Of a stretch of 31,128 bases of DNA, positions 1-5,992 are shown piece by piece. Made by a program: the position numbers and the translations under genes. Below the pieces are notes generated by a model. It ran no database searches. It saw nothing but the letters and a program-made list of their open reading frames with translations, and was not told where the DNA came from. The stretch spans positions 1 to 31,128 of IMG/VR virus record IMGVR_UViG_3300030109_005817. One strand, 5' to 3'. The DNA comes from a virus (taxonomy: Duplodnaviria; Caudoviricetes). Each line of letters opens with the position of its first letter. The first letter of the stretch is position 1.

Positions 1-342
1 CTGTCAATATCGCCATAATAAGCACCCAGGATGCATCCAAAACGCTCGATGGCACCATGGATGTAGGGGGTAAATGCGGACAGATGCCCCTCTCGACCCC
101 CTATCCAAAAGTATACGCTTACAGGGATATCCCAGGTTAAACGCCGGGTATCGCTGGGTGGAAAAACGGCCTAAAACGTCCCAACCTTGGATTTACTGAC
201 TCAAAAGTCATACGGACAGAAAATGTCCGGTGTTTTTTGTTTTGAGCGTATCCGGCTTTGCTCCTATACACTGTCCAGGTGATGTTCTGAGCGTATCCTA
301 CCTGTACAGCGTTTAGGGGTGCGACCGGCTACGGTGCGGGTT

Positions 343-633
343 TTACGAATGAGACAGCGCGCGAACAAAACGGCGGCACCATTCAGAACATTTTTTGTAC
401 GGTAGTTGGTCTTCTGATACGGTCCAGTCAACCTGTTCAACAGACTGAGCAAGGAAAACAGCGTTTTTGAACTGTTTCAGCTTCGCGCTGTAATGTCCGA
501 CACACTTGCCGGATGCTGTATGCGTTAGGCTATAGACCCCCTTTTCGCCTGTAATCACTAAGCCGGGTACACACGTTGAGCGGGCTTTTCGGGCTTCAGT
601 GCCGTCGTATGTTGCTATTTGTACGGTTTTCAT
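343..633 (-). CDS. Hypothetical early protein (~96 aa)
   Basis: ORF co-oriented with and just downstream of the GP88-like gene. ATG at 633 (MKTVQIATYDG) preferred over the track's TTG at 654, which lies inside a GGGGGC/GCCCCC hairpin (647-661). RBS weak. Confidence 0.65.
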   Translation of the reverse strand: MKTVQIATYDGTEARKARSTCVPGLVITGEKGVYSLTHTASGKCVGHYSAKLKQFKNAVFLAQSVEQVDWTVSEDQLPYKKCSEWCRRFVRALSHS

Positions 634-676
634 ATCGGTATCCAATGGGGGCAAGGCCCCCGGCTATTGTTTTTTG

Positions 677-1549
677 TTAGGCTGCTACTTGTTGGGCTTG
701 CTTTTTGATACGCACGACGAACCCGCTTGTATCTTTAAGCGCGCCCCCCTTGGCGTATAGAACTACCCAGGACCCTGGAGGGTCATCGAACCGAATATCT
801 GTTAGGTCGCCGTCAATGGTTGGGAAACCCTCATAGGCCCCCGCTTCGATGATAGAGGCCGCCGCCGCTTTGGAGTCCTTGACCTTGGTGGACTCACCGG
901 CAACGACTACCGCGACATTCCCGCCAGCGTTCAACCATTCCAGGGCGTGGCCTTTACTGTCGGCACGCTCGGAGAGGGAGAAGGTTAGGCGGTAGTTGCT
1001 CGGGGCCTTGCTTCGGGCTTTGGCTGACAGTTTCGTGTAATCGTAGAACTGCACGCCGGGGTGAGCTTGCGGCACGCCGTGAGTCTCCCACTTGATGTCA
1101 CTCGACCCGTTGAGCCGAATAGCCGGTATCATGCCGAGGGCTTCGGCTGTCATGACATGGCCGGTTATCTCCCAGTTCAGACGCCGCAAAAAGTGGTCAC
1201 GGAATAGCATGAACCAGAGGGTCTTGTAAATCCGGGCGCGGGTCGCTTGCTTCATTTTTAGCCGTCCGGTGGTCGTCCCAAGGCATCCAGGCTCACAGCC
1301 CGCAGCCATCGGACACATGTTGACCCCCGCTTCACGCCCTGGTGACATGTACAGGACAGCGGTCAAGACGCCTTGCTTCTCGCCTTTCTCGACCTTGACG
1401 GAAGAGCCGAGGATATTGCGGGGCCGTCCTGACTCGGTAAAAGCTACAACGCGGAACAGTTCCGCGCGGGTAATCGTTAGGGGAAGGTCAAGGCGCTCCA
1501 GGGCGCGCTTGTATATGAATGGTATGGGCTTTTCAAGACGCATAGGCAT
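677..1549 (-). CDS. GP88-family phage protein (Cys-cluster protein)
   Basis: Motifs CPMAAGCEPGCL (C-x5-C-x3-C), IRLNGSSDI, QFYDYTK, NYRLTFS, DGDLTDIRFDD and LYAKG match my recollection of GP88. Start moved to ATG 1549, which has GGAG 7 nt upstream. Confidence 0.8.
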   Translation of the reverse strand: MPMRLEKPIPFIYKRALERLDLPLTITRAELFRVVAFTESGRPRNILGSSVKVEKGEKQGVLTAVLYMSPGREAGVNMCPMAAGCEPGCLGTTTGRLKMKQATRARIYKTLWFMLFRDHFLRRLNWEITGHVMTAEALGMIPAIRLNGSSDIKWETHGVPQAHPGVQFYDYTKLSAKARSKAPSNYRLTFSLSERADSKGHALEWLNAGGNVAVVVAGESTKVKDSKAAAASIIEAGAYEGFPTIDGDLTDIRFDDPPGSWVVLYAKGGALKDTSGFVVRIKKQAQQVAA

Positions 1550-1559
1550 AGGGTTGCTC

Positions 1560-2365
1560 CATTGGTTGTTAGGGGAAGGGGTCCACCGCTCGCCAGCCCT
1601 CAACCCCTCTCGATACGTAGGGGGAGGGCCGACGGCGGCTATTTAAAAGGGCGGTGATTTGATACGCTCACCGGGGCGCTGTATCTGTGGGCCACGGCCT
1701 CACAGTTTCCCCGTGTTAGGTGGGGTATACCTTGCCATACTCTTTGGGGTTACTAATCCCACGGCTCTATATGGCTGGCCGTATCAGACGCCCATCTCTA
1801 ATCGGGCAGGACGGCCCGCGCTCCAAAGGAGCAGCTAACCCGACGCGCCTTACGGCTACTCTGATTGTCGGATTCATTCAATGGACAGGGGCTTCCTCTA
1901 AGGTCATGCTCTCGCGGTTGCTGCGGTCTTGGCATGGGGTGTTCACACGTTAGGCCGTTCTTACTTGGTCGCTGTCGTTTCGTCTTGCTCACTCAACCCC
2001 AGGCGGCCTCTGGTATGGCCTGCCCTGGTTTCTCTCCCCCCGTGGGGGGCTTCCGCTGGGTCTTGGTATTGCTCGTTTCGTTCAGTCGCTTGCGTTCAGT
2101 TCACAGGGTCCGGCGCGGCGCTGGTGCGCTGCCCATCCTGCTACGGTGCGGGGTCGTCCGTCCCGCTACGTGTCCTTGATTGACTTGCCTGTCCATTCTT
2201 AATGCTTGTCGCTACTTTGCTTCTGAGTCTTCGGGTCGGTGTTCTCAGAACTGAATCTGAACGCTGCCGACCTTATCCCTCTGTGGGCGTTTCGCTTCGT
2301 TGATGTCAAAGAACTTGTGGGCGTTGGCAGTGGCCGCCCGGGCTAATTTTTTTTTTCCGTTTGGT
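1560..2365 (-). ncRNA. Putative long structured 5' leader or ncRNA (boundaries approximate)
   Basis: No credible ORF; many hairpins; 10 bp long-range inverted repeat 1880-1889/2188-2197; lies between a minus-strand promoter/boxA and the GP88 RBS. Confidence 0.5.
2304..2315 (-). promoter_or_regulatory. boxA-like antitermination element
   Basis: Minus strand reads AGTTCTTTGACA, resembling rrn/lambdoid boxA (TGCTCTTTAACA). Preceded by a GGGCG/CGCCC hairpin (2319-2339) and ~55 nt downstream of the putative -10. Confidence 0.55.
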
Positions 2366-2371
2366 GAAACC

Positions 2372-2401
2372 TTTATACTCCCGTTCTGTCAGGTGTGGCA
2401 A
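2372..2401 (-). promoter_or_regulatory. Putative leftward sigma70-like early promoter
   Basis: Minus strand TTGCCA-N18-TATAAA, with A/T tracts further upstream (~2465-2525). Confidence 0.5.
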
Positions 2402-2561
2402 GTGTGACATGAAAGAAAGTTCACCACCATGACCGACCGAAATGCCGTAAGTGCCTGAAATGATTTGACTTTTTGGTGATTATTTTTTTTTCATTTTTGT
2501 GCTTTTTTATTTGTTTTATTTATTTGCTTGCTTGTGCGGTAGGTGTGGTTAGTAGGGTTGC

Positions 2562-2969
2562 ATGACTTTTGAACTTGCATTCAATGACCTAAAACCAGAC
2601 GCCCCCCGCCAGCGGGTTCGGTGTTCTGCTACAGGTCGCTTCGTTGCGTGGTCAAAGGTTCCACAACTACGCGCCCCCGGTGCGCGCCGTTCTGTTTTTG
2701 TTTGCCCCCCCGTGGTGGTGGACAATACCGAAGCGCCCCCCGTGGTGGTCTTTGCTGTTGAAGAGCGCCCCCCCGTGGGTTCTGTTCTTTCGCGTATGCG
2801 CGAAAGCCTTGACCTTTCTGTGGGCGTTGTAGCCGTTGCCGTGGTCTTCACCGTGTCCGCTACTGTTAGCGCCGTGATGGGTGCCGTGGGTGCCGTGGTC
2901 GGTGCCGTGTCATCAATGGCTGCCCGTGTCGGTGGCTGGCTACGTGGTAGCAAAGGGGGCAGCATGTGA
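2562..2969 (+). CDS. Hypothetical protein with hydrophobic Val/Ala-rich C-terminal half
   Basis: ATG-started 135 aa ORF; RCSATGRF motif, PPV repeats, possible membrane segment. No RBS, so possibly leaderless from a weak TTGCTT-N16-TAGTAG promoter (2528-2555). Confidence 0.5.
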   Translation: MTFELAFNDLKPDAPRQRVRCSATGRFVAWSKVPQLRAPGARRSVFVCPPVVVDNTEAPPVVVFAVEERPPVGSVLSRMRESLDLSVGVVAVAVVFTVSATVSAVMGAVGAVVGAVSSMAARVGGWLRGSKGGSM

Positions 2970-3181
2970 AGTATTTGACGATATGCCAGGTTCCTCCGTG
3001 GTTTTTTGGCGGCGTTTTTCGGCTCCCCCCGTGGTGAAAATCAGGGGAAAAGGGAGGTTTGAGGCCGATTATCAGCCAAAACGTGGGGAGGGGAGGCCCG
3101 ATGTCGGCGCAGCGCCGGAGGGGGAACGGAGTTCCCCCGGAAAAATGATATGTAGTGATGAGTTTGAGGGATATACAAGGG

Positions 3182-3210
3182 TTGACGTGTATTGCGCACA
3201 AATATAGACT
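3182..3210 (+). promoter_or_regulatory. Sigma70-like promoter
   Basis: TTGACG-N17-TAGACT, followed by a GGAG RBS (3219-3222) and ATG 3228. Confidence 0.7.
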
Positions 3211-3227
3211 CGTCTTCTGGAGTATAG

Positions 3228-4196
3228 ATGATCAATTACGTGTGTATAGCAAAGCTGTTTCCATCAGCAGGCATTAGCGGGGTTCTGGGTGTTCCGGTTC
3301 AAGACCCAAAAGAAGTCAACGAGTATTGGGATGCAATGGGAATTGTTCCAGGTCAACAGGTGCGATTCGTTAGATTGACTGCAATACCAGACCATGCAAA
3401 GCCGCATCTGAAAGTAGGCGACATTGTGTGTAAGTTTCCTGGCTTATCCGAGCGGTTTCTCGACGTTTTACGTCCTGTCGAGACTGCATACTTGGCTTCT
3501 TCGTGGAGAACAGAGCCTGTAGATTGGGAACATGCTGAAGAAGTACGTAGCCGATCTATAGAGAATAACTCTTGGGAAGCGTCATCTGACAACTACCAGA
3601 TAGCGATATGTGACCCTGAGGGGCGATTAGCGGTGCTTAGAGCGCGAAAAGGCACGCCAAAGCGTCTTTTTAAGACCGCATACGCCGTTTTACAGGAGAC
3701 TGAGAGGGACAAGATGCGCATGAAGGTCGATAAGACAGTAGATTATCGCCTTGATCCAGACCGCAAAAAACGCTGTGCATGGACCACGTTGCGGTATTTA
3801 CACGGCTATTTACTCAAGAATGGGCCGATTGTTGACCCTGAAAAGCTTCATTGGGTACGAAAGCTGGTACGCAGACACAATGAAATCGTCAGCAGCCTGC
3901 CTAATCCTAAGCTGGAGAACAGACAGATACGGATGCACACACGGCGCAGGAGTAAGCACGCACGAGAGTTCTGGCATCGCATAAGGAGGGAGTACCTTAT
4001 TGATTCTGAAAAGCTTCCAAGGCCCTTGGCGTTTATTGCCTCAAAGCGTGAGGTTCGTTGGATTCGTGTCACGCTTGATGAGGTTGAAGAAGTACTGAAG
4101 TATATTGACTGGCCTGAGTGGAAAGACATCCGAGATCCGGTTCACTTCTCAAATCTCAACTATTCAGTCGAGAGTGGAAGCAAAGCATGGAATTGA
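3228..4196 (+). CDS. Hypothetical basic protein (322 aa)
   Basis: Long ORF with promoter and RBS; Arg/Lys/Trp-rich; no family recognised. Confidence 0.8.
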   Translation: MINYVCIAKLFPSAGISGVLGVPVQDPKEVNEYWDAMGIVPGQQVRFVRLTAIPDHAKPHLKVGDIVCKFPGLSERFLDVLRPVETAYLASSWRTEPVDWEHAEEVRSRSIENNSWEASSDNYQIAICDPEGRLAVLRARKGTPKRLFKTAYAVLQETERDKMRMKVDKTVDYRLDPDRKKRCAWTTLRYLHGYLLKNGPIVDPEKLHWVRKLVRRHNEIVSSLPNPKLENRQIRMHTRRRSKHAREFWHRIRREYLIDSEKLPRPLAFIASKREVRWIRVTLDEVEEVLKYIDWPEWKDIRDPVHFSNLNYSVESGSKAWN

Positions 4197-4513
4197 AGAA
4201 GATCAACACCAAGTTTGTTGAGAGAAGGCTTAGGCAAGCTGTAGAGGATTGGTACTCTTGGCTTGCTGTTCAGTCTCGGTATGCTGATGATTGGATGTCA
4301 GTTCCTTACTGGTGCAAGCAAGTTCCGAGTCGTTTGGACATTCCTTGGGCAATGCGGGACCTTGACAAGGTTGTTGGCAACAGAGGGATGATGCGTGCGT
4401 TGTATGTGATTGTTGACGAGGTTTATTTGTGTTGTGAGGGTGTCGAGGGTGTTCCTGACATCTCGGATTTACGGAGCGAGCTTTTTAAATGGCATGAGGC
4501 TGAATATGGGTGA
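4187..4513 (+). CDS. Hypothetical protein (108 aa)
   Basis: ATG at 4187 (MELKKIN) overlaps the end of the upstream gene and fills the gap before rusA. Confidence 0.7.
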   Translation: MELKKINTKFVERRLRQAVEDWYSWLAVQSRYADDWMSVPYWCKQVPSRLDIPWAMRDLDKVVGNRGMMRALYVIVDEVYLCCEGVEGVPDISDLRSELFKWHEAEYG

Positions 4514-5042
4514 TTGGATATACATGGTAGAGGTTCCTGGCGATCCGATAGGCAAGGGAAGGCCGAGAGGGGCTTCGATTGGTGGCAAGGTTCGTTTATA
4601 CACACCGAAGAAGACGGCAGACTGGGAACGTTCTGCAGCAATGGTGATGACGAGCATGTGGCGAAAAGCGCCACTTGACGAAGCTGTAGAGATAGAGATT
4701 GCTGCATTTGCGCATCGACCGAAGCGTTTACTTCGGAAGAAGGACCCGGATCATGTGATTTGGAAGAGTTCTAAGCCAGATGCAGACAATATTTGTAAGT
4801 GTGCCTTGGATGCTTTGGTAATGGCTGGCGTATTGAGGGACGACTCATTGGCAGTGAGTGTGAAGGTATTGGACTTCTACACGGAGCGTGATCGTGGACC
4901 ACGGCTATGTCTACGGATGAGGCCAGTGGGAATAGAGCCTGTAGAGGGTTGGTGGAACGAGGCATCGCGCAAGATGGGTGAGACATTGCGGGATGTTTTT
5001 CAGCAGGAGGAAGACGGCTTCCTTCATGACTTACCGTGGTGA
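4506..5042 (+). CDS. rusA: RusA-family Holliday junction resolvase
   Basis: VPGDPIGKGRPR, YTPKKT, KPDADNICKCALDAL and DDS motifs typical of RusA; start moved to ATG 4506. Confidence 0.9.
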   Translation: MGDWIYMVEVPGDPIGKGRPRGASIGGKVRLYTPKKTADWERSAAMVMTSMWRKAPLDEAVEIEIAAFAHRPKRLLRKKDPDHVIWKSSKPDADNICKCALDALVMAGVLRDDSLAVSVKVLDFYTERDRGPRLCLRMRPVGIEPVEGWWNEASRKMGETLRDVFQQEEDGFLHDLPW

Positions 5043-5071
5043 TTGACACTCTTATTTAGTTACGCTACACC
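5043..5071 (+). promoter_or_regulatory. Possible promoter upstream of the 5115 terminator
   Basis: Perfect TTGACA, 17 nt spacer, imperfect -10 TACACC. Confidence 0.4.
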
Positions 5072-5114
5072 TTTAGTGACTCCAAACTCTCTTGTCAGGT
5101 TTGTTGTTTGCTTG

Positions 5115-5144
5115 GGGCCTCACCTTGTCGGGTGGGGCCTTTTT
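5115..5144 (+). terminator. Rho-independent terminator
   Basis: GGGCCTCACC-ttgtcg-GGTGGGGCCT stem with G-U pairs valid on the + strand, followed by a T run. Confidence 0.8.
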
Positions 5145-5205
5145 CGTGGTTTGCTTTATTTGTCATATGCGGTAATGTTGACATGAATGTTTTGTCGGAG
5201 ACAGC

Positions 5206-5583
5206 ATGGCGATCACACAGTTTGACAACACTTATTTCACTTACAAGATGACCGTTGACACGGATCTGGGCAGTGCAACTTCTCAGAACATCACGAATGG
5301 TCCTGCAACGTTGTATTCATTGACGGTAGACAATACAGGCAACAACAGTGCCATTTCGTTTTTGAAGATCTACGATAGTTTGCCTGATGGCGGTATTGTC
5401 GCGAACAGTACGGAGCCTGACTATATTTTTCCGATTGATGCTAATGCCAAGCGTTTGATCAACTTTCCTACTGGTCTTGTGATTTCAACTGGTCTATCGT
5501 TGCGTTGTATTACAAGTGCGCAGACGAACCAGACTACAGACCCTTCGTCGAATGTATCTGTGGTAGCGGTTTACAAAACTTGA
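5206..5583 (+). CDS. Small beta-rich phage protein, possible virion component (paralog A)
   Basis: GGAG RBS; Thr/Ser/Asn-rich; LYSLTVDN..FLKIYD..P..FPTGL pattern shared with the next gene. Confidence 0.8.
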   Translation: MAITQFDNTYFTYKMTVDTDLGSATSQNITNGPATLYSLTVDNTGNNSAISFLKIYDSLPDGGIVANSTEPDYIFPIDANAKRLINFPTGLVISTGLSLRCITSAQTNQTTDPSSNVSVVAVYKT

Positions 5584-5592
5584 GGTTTTACA

Positions 5593-5988
5593 ATGGCTGA
5601 TCTTCTTAAGACTTTTTCAAATCCTCACGGTACGCTTGTATTCACGGAGTCTGCGGCTACGTCTACGTATGTAGACAATGTGTTTGCCAAGACGGCACCT
5701 GTTTTGTATGCAGTGAAGCTTGATAACAGTGCAAATTCAACGGAAGCGGTGTATTTGAAGTTGTATGCTGACACGAACGCAGCGAGTACGAACAACATAA
5801 CGCTTGGCACCACGAACCCGTTTTTTGTAATGAAGGCACCTGCATCTGGCGTTGTTGAGATGTATATTCCTGGTGGAATGGCGTTTGCTTCGTCCAACTA
5901 CGCACATATGGCGGTTACGACGACTGCTGGTGTAGCGGGAACTACGACACCTACGGGAACGGTAGCGGTTACTTTAGTCGGAGGTTGA
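5593..5988 (+). CDS. Small beta-rich phage protein, possible virion component (paralog B)
   Basis: GAGG RBS; LYAVKLDN..YLKLYAD..P..IPGGM pattern. Confidence 0.8.
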   Translation: MADLLKTFSNPHGTLVFTESAATSTYVDNVFAKTAPVLYAVKLDNSANSTEAVYLKLYADTNAASTNNITLGTTNPFFVMKAPASGVVEMYIPGGMAFASSNYAHMAVTTTAGVAGTTTPTGTVAVTLVGG

Positions 5989-5992
5989 TTCG

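Larger units (their letters stand above)
2036..3036. repeat. Dispersed C6-7GTGG direct repeats
   Basis: Copies at 2036-2045, 2705-2715, 2736-2745, 2768-2778 and 3025-3034, plus a degenerate CCTCCGTGG at 2993-3001. Confidence 0.75.

Noticed and set aside
1720-2183. Short ORFs on both strands (1720-1953, 1798-1992, 1865-2179, 1929-2183)
   Set aside because: Mutually overlapping, no clear RBS, unusual amino acid composition; better explained as chance ORFs in GC-rich structured sequence.
2705-2778. Repeats spaced 30-33 nt apart considered as a mini CRISPR array
   Set aside because: Repeat unit is only about 10-14 nt, keeps the reading frame of the ORF, and there are no cas genes in the window.
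2549-3235. Alternative ORFs 2549-2965(-), 2866-3201(-), 2881-3207(+), 3041-3235(-)
   Set aside because: Antisense shadows or frames running through repeats, homopolymers and the 3182 promoter; no RBS or protein-like features.
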